Shown here: positions 1-11,673 of the stretch, piece after piece | Layout: each line of letters starts with the position of its first letter | Numbering within the stretch: position 1 is the stretch's first letter | NCBI RefSeq assembly: GCF_018350175.1 | Contig: NC_058368.1 | Span: forward strand, 67,148,001 to 67,212,000 | DNA: 64,000 nucleotides | Source of the DNA: Felis catus | Lineage: Eukaryota | Direction: 5' to 3' | Made by a program: the position numbers and the translations under genes | The notes under the pieces: model-generated | Database searches by the model: none | What the model was told of the DNA's origin: nothing | What the model saw: only the letters and a program-made list of their open reading frames with translations

Positions 1-235
1 GGGGCACCTGGTGGCTCAGTCAGTTAAGCGTCCGACTTCAGCTCAGGTCATGATCTCACAGTGCATGAGTTCGAGCCCTGAGTCGGGCTCCACGCTGACA
101 GTGTGAAGCCTGCTTGGGATTCTCTCTCTCCCTCTCTCTCTCCCTCCCTCTCTCTCTCTGCCCCTCCCCTGCTCATGCTCTCTGTCTCTCTCTCTCTCAA
201 AATAAAAAAATTTTAAAAAATGTTAAAAAAAATAA
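1..235 (+). mobile_element. Can-SINE (SINEC)
   Basis: GGGGCACCTGG...GGCTCAG A-box, GTTCGAGCCC B-box, (CT)n and A-rich tail. Confidence 0.92.
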
Positions 236-1142
236 ATGCAAAAACCCAGGAGCAGCTCTCCTGGAATCAGCCCTAAGTTGGGGTATAAACCACACTGGGG
301 AATTCAAAGGATTTTGTTTACTTCTTGCCCATCAGCTGAGTTCCAGCCTGAAGATTTAGGCAAACGTTCGCCTCCCTACAGCCTCCACCTGGACCACACA
401 CAATCAGCAAAAGTGGCCTTGGCCAACGCCGGCAGCCGCCTGGGGCTATTTCCAAGCGTCCCACATAGCAGACCTAACCCCCGGGCACCCTTCCCCTGTC
501 AGGGCAGGGGCACTGGGAGCACACCGGCAATGTGCGGCCTCCCCATCAACACAATAGACAGTGACCGCGCCTCTCACAGCAAAGGCCCCGGGTGGCATGG
601 GGAGGCAGTCCCCGCTACTGTCTGAGGCCTGCTCCCGAGGAGGCTTCAGGCTCCTCCTCTGGGCAGAAGGAGACTTGGTCGGTCCCCACCACGTCCCCAT
701 GGAGGTGCACACAGGCACCAGGCGGGCCGGGAACTCGCTGGCTGTTCCATTCGAGTTTGCGTTGGCCTGCAAGAACGCTGTGTTCAACATCAGCACGGAG
801 CCGGTTTCCGCGAGCATTACAATCGTTCCTCAATCATCATGGGACGGAGATTCTCGCTCCTGTGAAATCCAACCTCAAAAGCCTCACCCTAGCCTGCATC
901 GAACGCCCTGCCTCTCCCCGCTGGTGCTGCCGGTAGTGCCCGGGGAAGGCTGTGCCCACGCTTTGGCTGGGAACCCTGCACCGCTTAGAAACCATGGATA
1001 ATCAGCAAGCCTCAAGCTCTTCCAAAAATCCTATGGTTGAGTTCAGATCTTCCACGACCTAAAATACAAAGAGCAACAAGCAGCACAGAAGATCACAAAA
1101 CAAGAAGCTCCTTCGTAGAGTTTATTATCAAACTAACATGCC

Positions 1143-1350
1143 GGGGCACCTGGGTGGCTCAGTGAAGCATGTGACTTCGGCTCAGGTCATGATCTCGCGG
1201 GCTGCGGGTTCGGGATGCGCTGTGCTGACAGTTCAGAGCCTGGGGCCTGCTTCGGATACCGTGTCCCTCCTCTCTCTCTGCACCTCCCTCGCTTGCGCTT
1301 TGTCTGTCTCTGTCTCTCAAAAATAAACAGTAAAAAAATAAAAATAATAA
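1143..1350 (+). mobile_element. Can-SINE
   Basis: SINE head, CT tract and A tail; flanking AAACTAACAT duplication. Confidence 0.9.
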
Positions 1351-2153
1351 ACTAACATTCATCCTATCAAACTAACTGAATAACTACCTTTAGTCACGGA
1401 AAACCTAAAATAGCACCTGAAAGTGATTTTGAAATGTAACAGATCCTTAGTAGCTCCACCATCAAAAGTCATTTCGAACTTCTCCAGAACAGCAGTGTGT
1501 CAGCCAGGCAAGTCTAGGAAAACAAGGGTCATGTGTGTTGGATTTCAGGCTCCTTTCGCTGTCAGAAAAGAACTCAAGGTTTACTTCCGGTTGAGCTCTA
1601 ACACCAGGAGCTGCCTGAGCTTCCCGCCACAGGAGTAAGGGCTCTGGCGCGTGTTCTCTTAAAGACATGAAGTGAGAAGCGAGCTAGTCACCGGGCTCAG
1701 AGGCCACCGTCTCATTGTATACGGGAAACCGCCAAGATATGGGCCTCATCACAGACGAAGGAGCAAGCGCCCTCCAGGCGGCAGCCCGGGGCCACTCCAC
1801 ACCTGACGTGTCCACTGCCGGCACGGAGTCCACCCCAGACGGTCACTGCGCTACCTCGGGCCGGCTGCACACCCTGCGCGTGGGAACACGCCCGCACACC
1901 AGGGACTGACCGGGGTTCTCATCCTCACCAACGCACGCCCACTCGGAGGCTCACAGAGACACCATCTCTCAGCAGGGAGCCAGGTGTACCTGCTGGTAAC
2001 AACAGAGAACTCAGCCTCTGCTCAGATCATCCAAGTGCCCTCTGAGGCTCCAGTCTTCCCACTGGCCGGTCTCCAGGAGCTCATCTAGAATGGTGTCTCA
2101 AGAACATAGATGGAACAATGATGTCTCAAGAACATAGGTGTCTCAAGAACATA

Positions 2154-2280
2154 GGGGCGCCTGGGAGGCTCAGTCGGTTAAGCGTCTGACTCTCAATTTC
2201 GGCTCAGGTCATGATCTCACGGTTTGTGGGTTTGAGCCCCGCAATGGTCTCTGAGTTGATAGTGTGGAGTCTACTTTGGA

Positions 2281-2339
<59 letters not shown>

Positions 2340-2495
2340 CTGTTCACACACTCTCAAAATAAGTAAATAAACTTGAAAAGAGAAGAGAAGTAAAGAGAAG
2401 AAAAAAGGAGATGGGAGGAGGGGGAAAGGGAGGGGGAGGCGAGGGGAGGCGAGGGGAGGCAAGGGGAGCAGAGCAAAGCAAAGCAAAGCAAAACA
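2154..2495 (+). mobile_element. Can-SINE with a tail expanded into a compound purine pentamer microsatellite
   Basis: SINE body, long (CT)n, then GAGAA/GGGGA/GGCGA/GCAAA units. Confidence 0.88.
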
Positions 2496-2849
2496 AGAGT
2501 GCAGATGGATGTTTAAGACTTAGGCACAGGGCAACCACACCCTCATCCACTTAGGGACAGTAAAGAGTAGAGGTGGCTTTCTAAAGGGCTCCTGATTGAT
2601 CTGAAGACACCATGCTGCTACTGCCAGTGTCGGCACCCTAGCCACTTCCGGCTCCCAGGGGACACTGTCACCTGAGCTCTACCTGACCCCTAATCTCGTT
2701 TTCTATCCAGGGAGTTTTTAGCCTTTTACAGCCTAAGGCAGGTTCAAGATGCGTGCATCTGAGACCCTGAAGTCGAAGTCCTCAGAACAAGCCTTCCCGA
2801 CACCGGATGAGCTTTCAGTCGTCCAGACGGTCAGGTTTCGTAAATTAGA

Positions 2850-3045
2850 GCACCCACGACTGAGTCTCGGCTCCGTCCTTTATGCTTTGTGGGACACCGG
2901 GCACACCACAGAACTACCTGGCGCTGTGCGTCCTCTGCCCTACAGTGGGGAAAACAGTAATACTCGCCACCGTGTCGGAGCTGGCTACAAGAATGAAAGT
3001 AATGTTCCGTGTAAAGTGCTTGTAGCAGTTGCTGACAGTTTCAAG
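2850..3045 (+). mobile_element. MIR-like fragment
   Basis: Degenerate MIR core and 3' part (…TGGGGAAAACAGTAATAC…GTAAAGTGCTT…). Confidence 0.5.
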
Positions 3046-3467
3046 TCCTTGTCATTCCCATGCTACTACCAGAGCCAGCTTACCACCGAGAGTGGGCCCC
3101 TGCGGAAACTGCTCCTGGTGGTACGACTCCCACTGAGTATGAACTACTACTGTTGCTGCCGTTTCCACCAAGTATGAGCCTCCACCGCTGCTACTAATAC
3201 TACTGCTGAGTGGGAGGCTCTACGGCTCCGCTGCCACCAAGAGGAGCAATACCACCAGTGAGAAAACTTCTGCTACAGAGTATGAGCTTCTGCGGCTGCT
3301 GCTAACGCGCCTGGGTGGGAGTCTCACCGCTCCTGCTGTAACACCAGTAATACTACCAGTAACAGTACTGCTGCTGCTACTACTGCGTGTGAGTCCTGCT
3401 GTTGCTGCTGACACTAGCAATCCCGCTACTGAGGCTGAGCAACCACCAGTGCCGCCACCGCCGCCAT

Positions 3468-3903
3468 GACTACTACCGGGTATGAGCCCCTCCCACCACC
3501 ACCGCGACTACTACCGGGTATGAGCCCTACCACCACCTCCACCAACGTGACTACTACCGGGGATGAGCCCCTCCCACCACCACCGCGACTACTACCGGGT
3601 ATGAGCCCTACCATCACCTCCACCAACGTGACTACTACCGGGTATGAGCCCCTCCCACCACCACCGCGACTACTACTACCGGGTATGAGCCCTATCACCA
3701 CCTCCACCAACGTGACTACTACCGGGTATGAGCCCCTCCCACCACCACCGCGACTACTACTACCGGGTATGAGCCCTACCACCACCTCCACCACCACCGC
3801 CACGACTACTACTGGGTATGAGCCCTACCACCACCGCCACCGTGACTACTACCAGGTATGAGCCCCTCCCACCACCACCGCGACTACTACCGGGTATGAG
3901 CCC
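3468..3903. repeat. Minisatellite: 11 copies of a 22-bp core in alternating 38/43-bp units
   Basis: Core GACTACTACCGGGTATGAGCCC (with minor variants) at 3468, 3506, 3549, 3587, 3630, 3668, 3714, 3752, 3804, 3844 and 3882. Confidence 0.95.
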
Positions 3904-5003
3904 CATGTTTGCCAGACTCCACTCCCCGATAACCAACGTCCTAAAAGAGGCCGGCACTCTCACCAGCTGCACCCTCATCTAGCCCCCCCATCCCAGCACC
4001 CCCAGCTCTCCCAGCAGTAGGTATTCCCAGGCTCAACGACTCAGTAATCGGTGCTCCCTGCACCAGAGTGGGGCCTATCCTCTCAGGGGGAAGCCCGGCC
4101 TCTGCACCTCATACCTCTTCTCCCAAACGCAGCAAAGATGCAGCTCATATTGAGATGGGTTCCAGTCACCGTGTGGGGCTTAGCGATCCACCCCAAGACG
4201 GCCGCAGTGCGCTACAGTGAGGAAAGCCAGAGCACGGTCCAAACCCAGCCACAAGGGCCACCCTTCTGATCCCTCGTCTTCAGGACTTGTCACCAAGGGA
4301 AAGTACAGAACCCGGGGCAGCAGAGGAAGGCTGCTCCGGGACGCCGTCCGGCCCCAAGGTCCAAGGACACACGTGCCTGCCCACCCCCACCCAGACACGC
4401 GGCCCACGTCGAGGCTGCGGGACTCCCCGCCAAGCAGAATCCATGAGCTCGATGCTCTGCGAGGTCAGCACCCATATCTGATGAGGAAATCCTGCATACA
4501 CACCGGCCACGGCAACACCAACCTGTCACCCTGTGTATTTCAAACTGAGACTTGCTGTGACCACATGGAAACACCATCACTGGGACCCCTGTCCACAGGT
4601 CAGTGACAAGCTGGGGCTGCCCGAGGAGCTCCTGTACCCTCTCCCACCAACCGCCCCCCCTACCCTGTCAGTCCCACTGCTTTGCATCTCCGCCCTGCCC
4701 TTGACAAGCCACAGCAGTATCTAGGTGGTGATGGGTGCCCCATATACTTGTCCCCACCCTCCAGCCAACCCGCCTTTGTCATCAATCTCCCAGGGCCATC
4801 CAGTCCCGTCAGCTGACAGACCCTGTGGTTTCCTCCAGTTACACAGGACAGAGATCACCTACCTACACCCACTGCCCTTCAATACGACAGAGCCTTTTAC
4901 ATGGGAGCTGCCCCTCCCCCACACACACCAACCAGCCCACCCATCTCACGCCCAGCACTCAGGACAAGTCAGCGCCCTTCTCCATCTAAAACAATCTTTT
5001 CCC

Positions 5004-5228
5004 GGGGTGCCTGGGTGGCTGAATCGGTCAATCATCCGACTTCAGCTCAGGTCATGATCTCACAGTTTGTGAGTTCGAGTCCCATGTTAGGCTCTATGCT
5101 GACAGCTCAGAGCCTAGAGCCTGCTTCATATTCTCTCTCTACCCCTCCCCTGCTCATGCTCTGTCTCTCTCTCTCTCTCTCTCTCATAAATAAATAAACA
5201 TTAAAAAAAATTTTTTTTAATAAAATAA
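5004..5228 (+). mobile_element. Can-SINE in intron 3
   Basis: Full body; TSD TAAAACAA(T/C)CTTTTCC on both sides. Confidence 0.92.
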
Positions 5229-6247
5229 AACAACCTTTTCCCAGCAACCACAACTTCTATCCCTTCGACCCACATACACTCACAGGGCCACCAACGTCCC
5301 TAAGGAAATACTGAGGTACCAGAGAGCATGAGCCACCCAGGTGGGTTTGCAGCATGCTTCCAGCAGGCTGCAGCCCAGAACAGGCACAGGCTCACCGACA
5401 CCGTGTCCAGGAGAACATGGTCTTACTGGAGGATCTGGACAGAGGCGCTTCAGGGTAATGGAGGTCAAGGACCTGATGACTTTCTGCCTTTGCTTTGCCT
5501 CCGCACATCACTCCTACGCGCACTGCAGTGCCGGGCTACCAAAGCTCCTCCTTCCAACCACCAATCCTCCCCAGTAGTCAGGGACAGGAAACCAGAATGG
5601 GTCGTGTGTGAATCCTCCAGAATTCCTCCACAGACGGGGTTTTGGCTCGTAGTACATGTCCTTCTGCAAACAGCCCGAAGAGACATGTGTTCTCGGGAGC
5701 TCTGGCCGGCTCCACCCTCCACACAGAGCCCCGGGGCTCTGCTCCCCTGGAAGGGGGAGGCAGTAATACCTTCTTGGGAAAGCATTCATCAGATTTGGCC
5801 GGGTCAAATTAGCTGCTATTCGCTGAGCACCCGTAAAATGCTTTGTGTTACTCCGGGCTCTATCCAAAGTGAATTCCTCCAAATGAGAGCACGCATATTC
5901 CTTGAGGTTGTAGAGTCTTCTTTGGGTCAAGGATCACTGTTAGCATTTCTAACCCTTCCCACGCACCAGCAATATCCCAACATGCCATAAAACTTCAGAG
6001 CACCAGCCTTCCGCAACACTGCATTTCGATTGGTTAGAAGAAAAACAGTATCACCCCACCCCCGCCGGAGGCCCATTTAAGTATCTGCCCATTCTGAAGA
6101 TGAACACGACCGCTGAGCTACATCATGTTTCCCAGACATGTTTTATCGTCAGACCGTAATCCACCTGCCCCTGTCCCCAGCAATGCTGCCATCTGTGTAC
6201 CCATCCGCACACAATGGAAAACAACACACTGTGTATAGAAGTTTTAC

Positions 6248-6368
6248 CTCCATTAGCGTAAAAATTCCCAAAACTAAGTAGGATTTCCAGTAACACTTTA
6301 TGATCGCTTTCGTTAAGGAAGGCTTCCGTGCATCTTTCTCGGCTCTCAAAACTTCTTTATCCCAGTAC
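6248..6368 (-). CDS. ABCC4: ABCC4 coding exon 3 ([40 protein letters not shown]), 121 nt
   Basis: Contained in ORF 6149..6406(-). Acceptor tttctcttgcag|G, donor GAG|gtaaaa; matches MRP4 sequence leading into TM1. The gene continues left of the window. Confidence 0.97.
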
Positions 6369-6937
6369 CTGCAAGAGAAACAAAAGAACAGTGAGAAACC
6401 ACACACCCGGCTACAGGGCCGAACGGGGGTGGGGCGGACAAATCAAAAGCTACGTGTTTACAGGACGTTCTGTTTATCATAGGGCACTCTGTGGCTGCTT
6501 CACTGGCACTGCTAAACGTGTGCAGGGCTCCTAAAAGATGTGTGGTGCGGAACCTGAAGCACCAGAAAAACATGCCTTGAGGGAGAAAGTTCCAGTCTCA
6601 GGAAACAAGTCACGGCCAAGCGCTGCTGGATTTACAGCACCATGAGCAAGCCAGTAAGGCAGACCTGAGTCCAGACAGCCTCCTCCAGTGATACCGTCTC
6701 CGGGACAGATCCTGGCATCCAGGGCCTCTGCTGCTGGCAACTGCCACCCCACAAATGCACAGGAAACATATGCTTTCCCCCAGCCACCAAAGTAGGCTAA
6801 GCCCAGGGACAGCCTGAGGGGAGGTGAGTGTACCGCATTAGGAAAGGAAGCTCAGGCCAGACCCATTCCAAACCAGGAGACACACACTTAGAAATTCTCA
6901 TTCCTCCTCACCCGGCTCATTCCTGCCCATGGCTTAC

Positions 6938-7048
6938 CCTTGCAACTCCTCTCCAAGATGCTTTGAGCGATCTTCTGGAAGCACCGGATACATATCATCT
7001 TCTTCCAACCTCCGTTTGTGACCGATTTTAAACAAGGGGTTCAGCCAC
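6938..7048 (-). CDS. ABCC4: ABCC4 coding exon 2 ([37 protein letters not shown]), 111 nt
   Basis: Read by hand (not in the ORF track). Acceptor ttttaacag|G, donor AAGG|gtaagc; phase-compatible with exons 1 and 3; matches the MRP4 lasso (L0) region. Confidence 0.97.
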
Positions 7049-7149
7049 CTGTTAAAAATTAAGAGAAAAGAAGAGTGACACAGATCCAAATTACACATCT
7101 GTCTCATTAGAACTTACATTCATGGGGTTTGTTAAAAAAAAAGGGGGGG

Positions 7150-7625
7150 GCTCCAAAAGACAAATACCGTACGATTTCACTTACATGTGGAATCTAGAAA
7201 GAAACAAAATGAACAAACAAAAAGCAGAGCAGGAACAGACCCATAAATACAGAAAACAAACTGATGTTGCCGGAAGGGAGGGGGATGTGCAAAAGGTGGG
7301 GTTGGAGGTTCAGGCTTCCAGTTACAGAATGAGGAAGTCACACAGATGAAAGGCACAGCCATCGGGAATGTAGTTAATGGTGTTGTTGAGTTTTTTACTA
7401 GGATTTTATTTTTAAGTAATCTCTACACCCATCGTGGGGCTCAAACTCACAACCCCAATGTCAAGAATTGCATGCTCTACCCACTCCGCCAGCCAGGCGC
7501 TCCCAGTCAGTGGTGTTGTCATAGTGATGTGTGGTGACAGATGGTAGCCAAGCTTGTGGTGAGCACAGCATAACCTGTACACCTGAAACTAAAGTAATAT
7601 CCTGTGACAACTATACTTCAAATTT
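7150..7625 (+). mobile_element. L1 3' end (carnivore/L1MA-type) interrupted by a short reverse SINE (~7400-7503)
   Basis: GACAAATAC..ATTTCACTTA..TGTGGAATCTA and GTACACCTGAAACTAA motifs typical of L1 3' UTRs. Confidence 0.8.
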
Positions 7626-7671
7626 TTTGAAAGTTTACGTTTTATTAAACATTTTTTTTAATGTCTATTTA

Positions 7672-7880
7672 GAGGTGCCTGGGTGGCTCAGTCAGTTAAG
7701 CGTCCGACTTCGGCTCAGGTCATGATCTCATAGTTCGTGAGTTCGAGCCCCGCGTTGGGCTCCGTGCTGACAGCTCAGAGCCTGGAGCCTGCTTCGGATT
7801 CTGTGTCCCCCCCCCTCTCTGCCCCTTCCCTGCTCATGCTGTGTCTCTCTCTGTCTCAAAAATAAATAAACATAAAAAAA
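7672..7880 (+). mobile_element. Can-SINE inserted into the tail of an opposite-strand SINE
   Basis: TSD AATGTCTATTTA at 7660-7671 and 7880-7891. Confidence 0.92.
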
Positions 7881-7889
7881 ATGTCTATT

Positions 7890-8094
7890 TAATTTTGAGA
7901 GAGAGAGAGAGAGGACATGAACATGAGTAGGGGCAAAGTGGGGAGGGCAGGGGACAAGAGAGGATATGAAGCAGGCTCTGGGCTGACAGCAGAGAGCCCA
8001 GTGCAGGGCTCAAACTCAGCAACTGTGAGATCATGATCTGAGCCAAAAAATTAAGAGTTGGACGCTTAACTGACTGAGCCACCCAGGTGCCCCT
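7890..8094 (-). mobile_element. Older Can-SINE
   Basis: Reverse complement of a SINE head ending CCACCCAGGTGCCCC. Confidence 0.9.
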
Positions 8095-8112
8095 GAAAGC
8101 GTACATTTAAAA

Positions 8113-8325
8113 ATTTTTTTTTCAACGTTTATTTATTTTTGGGACAGAGAGAGACAGAGCATGAACGAGGGAGGGGCAGAGAGAGAGGGAGACACAGAAT
8201 CGGAAACAGGCTCCAGGCTCTGAGCCATCAGCCCAGAGCCTGACGTGGGGCTCGAACTCACGGACCGCGAGATCGTGACCTGGCTGAAGTCGGACGCTTA
8301 ACCGACTGCGCCACCCAGGCGCCCC
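8113..8325 (-). mobile_element. Young felid SINEC_Fc
   Basis: Near-identical to copies at 17076, 18509, 49801 and 62321; TSD GAAAG(C/T)GTACATTT. Confidence 0.95.
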
Positions 8326-8369
8326 GAAAGTGTACATTTTAAATATAGAGACATGGAGGGGAAAATAAA

Positions 8370-8375
8370 TGCGCG

Positions 8376-8451
<76 letters not shown>
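8370..8451. repeat. (GC)n(AC)n compound microsatellite
   Basis: About 80 bp of alternating purine-pyrimidine sequence. Confidence 0.97.
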
Positions 8452-8452
<1 letters not shown>

Positions 8453-10849
8453 CTCTATCCACTGAGAGGCCCTGGGAACACTGACACACCAGCAGCAAAA
8501 AGCATTCCAGAACCCAAATTCTGGGTTTTATTTTTTTCTTTTACATAAAGAAAAACAAAAATAGTTTTTCTTATGATGAGAACTTTTAAGATCTACTCTC
8601 TTAGTAACTTCCAAATACGTAATACAGAATTATTAACTATAGTCACCATGCCATACATTACATCCCCAGGACTGACTTACTTCATAACTAGAAGTTTATG
8701 CCTTTTGGCCTCCTGCACCCAGATCCTGGTTTTTCAGTATCTTTCTTCCCTAAAGAAACCAGGTCTCCTTGAAGAAATGTCTCATTTCCAGGTTGGGGCA
8801 ATATGCGGAAGCACCTGTCGATTAGCTTTTCTAATTGTCATGTTAAGTGCCTGGCATTAAGCTTCCGATTGCTGAGGCATTCACTGCGAGTCATTCCATC
8901 TCAAATAAAGACAGCCACACTGGATGAAGAGCCACATTACACCACCCATAAAGTTCCCTCTTCTTGTAAGAAAACTCAGGATTAGGGGTGCCTGGGTGGC
9001 TCAGTCGGTCAAGCGTCCAACTTCGGCTCAGGTCAAGAAGATCTCACGGTTCATGAGTTCGAGCCCCACATCAGGCTCTGTGCTGGCAGCTCAGAGCTTG
9101 GAGCCTGCTCCAGTTCTGTGTCTCCCTCTCTCTGCCCCTCCCCTGCTCGTGCTGTGCCTCTCTCTCTCTCTCTCTCTCAAAAATGAACGTTAAAAAAAAT
9201 TTCTTTTGTAAAGAAAACTCATGATGACAGAGATAACTGACCATCTCTGACCGCTGGCTTTTCCCATGCCTTCATTCCCACTTATGTTCTCAGTTCACCA
9301 AGAAAGAGTGAACTTGCAAAACCCCAGGCACCCTACCCAACCTCTGTAGAGGCAGAACCCCAAATCCAGGTGTGTGCATGCCCAGGCATGCCGTGCACTC
9401 TCTAGAACCTATGGGTAATAAGCCTTGTCATTTCTAAAGTTCCCTGATGGTTATCGCTGAGACTCGTCTTGCAACCACGAGAATCACACGGGCTGGTCCG
9501 ACCACAACACCGGCTGCAAAAGGGACAATGCCCATGGGGCTGTCGCAAAAGCAGCAGAGCCCAGGTGAGCGGTGTCCCAGGCTTTCCTGACAAGGGCACC
9601 TCCCTTCACAGGCTGACACGAGCACAGAACAGGCAGAGAAAGCTTGAGCTGAGCCCACAACACCTTACACTCAAGGAATCACGAAGATGCGTCCAAAACA
9701 CAGAGGAGACTGCGCAAAGGGCTCTCACCAGACAAATCTGGGATGCTCCCGGCATCACGTAATAAATGGCGAGGAGTCAAATCATTAAGTAACAGAAGAA
9801 TCCATGAATCCTTACCGCCACAGAAACACGAGAGAAGAGAAAGCTCTTGCATTCTAGAATGCAAATATAGAAGGAACCATGGAGTTAGGAAATTACCAAT
9901 GAAGTTAAAACTCATGGGTGAAAGTCTGATGTGGAACACGGTACTTGTATAATTCCAAATGATCTCTACAAATTACTAATTATGAAACAAAAAAATAATA
10001 ACTGTACAGAGGATCAAAAAAAAAAAAACCTATACATAGGCTCCTGGGTGGCTCAATCAGTTAAGTGTCCGACTTTGACTCAGGTCATGATCTCACAGTT
10101 CGTGAGTTCGAGCCCCACATTGGGCTCTGCGCGGACAGTGAGGAGCTTGCTTGGAATCTCTCTCAACCCCTCTCTCTGCCCCTCCCTTGCTTGCTCTGTC
10201 TCTCCCAAAATAAACTTAAAAAAATTTTTTTAAAGATTAAAAGAAAAAAAAACCTCTGCAAATCCATTATGTATTATTTAGATGACAATAATTAATATGC
10301 AGAAATGGCCTAACAATGAACACCATTTCACTGATTCACCAGGGTAAGGAAATTTCTGAGGCCAGACAATAATAGCTTGTGAAAGTAGAGATTCTACTTC
10401 TCTTATTCATTGCTTTATCCCTAGCACGATACTGGATACCACAGAGGTGCTCCAGAATTTGTTGTTGAATAAATGAATGTCTATGAATCATGAAGCAAAA
10501 AAGAGAAACCGACCTTCAGATTTTGCTAACCCTGGTAGCCTGGTACCTCCAAAGAAGCCCAGTTCAGGAGCTGGAAGGCTGGATTCTGGTCCCAGACTGC
10601 CCCCTGCTCCAATTCTACAAATTCAGCACCTCCACGACCCTTTGCCAGTCACCTGGTATCTCGGTGTCTCAATTTTCTTCCAAGAGAAAAGTACAGATCT
10701 GTGAGCTTTAACCACCAAACAGCTTGAAACATACTGGGTCATTTATTCCCTGTAGAAAACGCTCATGCAATTAGCAGTGGAACTTACCCAGATGAGGACA
10801 CCCTGCCCTGAAAGGCCCTCTTTAAAATTCTGGTTTTGAAGAGAAAAAG

Positions 10850-11470
10850 ATGCTTTTCATTAGGAAAATGGACATCAAAACCACATGAGACGTCCGTCAG
10901 CTCACACATATCAGCAGGACTACTGTCAGAAAATAAATATCAAGTTGGGTGAGAACATGGAGAAACTGGAACCCTGGCGCAGAGCGGTGGAAATGTAAAA
11001 TGGTGGGGTCACAAGGGACAAATATTACGATTCCACTTACAGGAGGTACTTAGAGTCGTCAGATATGGAGAGACAGAAAGAACTGTGGTTGCCGGGGGGG
11101 CGGGGGAGGAAGGGGAAACTGGAAGCTGGCACTTGACGAAACACCAATGCAAGATGAAAACTGTTACATAACAGTGTGAATGCATTTAACACGACTGAAC
11201 TGTACACTTAAAATGGTGAGGGGGGTGGGGCAGTGTCCGGGTGGCTCAGTCGGTTAAGCTGCCGACTTCGGCTCAGCTTGTGATCTCACAGTTCATGGTT
11301 CAAGCCCCACATTGGGCTCCATGCTGACAGCACAGAGCCTGCTTGGGATTCTCTCTCCCTCTCTCTCTGCCCCTCTCCCGACTCAGGTTCTATCGCTCTC
11401 TCTCAAATAAATAAATATTTAAAAAGATAAAAAGATGGCAAACTTTACGTTACATGTATTTTACCACAAT
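10850..11470 (+). mobile_element. Old L1 (L1MB/MC-like) 3' fragment with an inserted SINE (~11230-11430)
   Basis: GGAGAAACTGGAACCCT, ATTCCACTTA, ACTGAACTGTACACTTAAAATGG and TATTTTACCACAAT motifs. Confidence 0.75.
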
Positions 11471-11673
11471 TTTTTTTTTAATTTAATGAGAAAAAAATTC
11501 TGCTAGGTGTACCACCGGAGGAACTCCAGACTTTGCTAACTTTCTGGTGGTATGACCTTGAATTAGCCACACAATCTCTCAGTACTGGCCTCTGGGAAAC
11601 AGGGAGAACACCTCCCAAGGCTGCTGAGGGCGTCAGCCGGGGTTTCTTTCAATACCACAAACACCCACCCAAC

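Noticed and set aside
3426..3861. Mucin-like Thr/Pro-rich ORF and its antisense Val/Gly-rich ORF
   Set aside because: Frames stay open only because the repeat period is a multiple of 3; no signal peptide, splice or promoter support.
3468..3903. CRISPR-like array (constant repeat plus spacers)
   Set aside because: The spacers are themselves repeated A/B variants, there are no cas genes, and the context is a mammalian intron: it is a minisatellite.
5328..5990. 220-aa plus-strand ORF in intron 3
   Set aside because: No recognisable homology or domain; consistent with a chance ORF in GC-rich intron.
1..6247. ABCC4 exon 4
   Set aside because: No matching peptide seen on the minus strand; it presumably lies beyond the left edge of the window.
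9491..9501. GGCTGGTCCGA, identical to the Y RNA 5' end
   Set aside because: Downstream sequence does not follow Y RNA, and there is no complementary 3' stem or oligo-T terminator.
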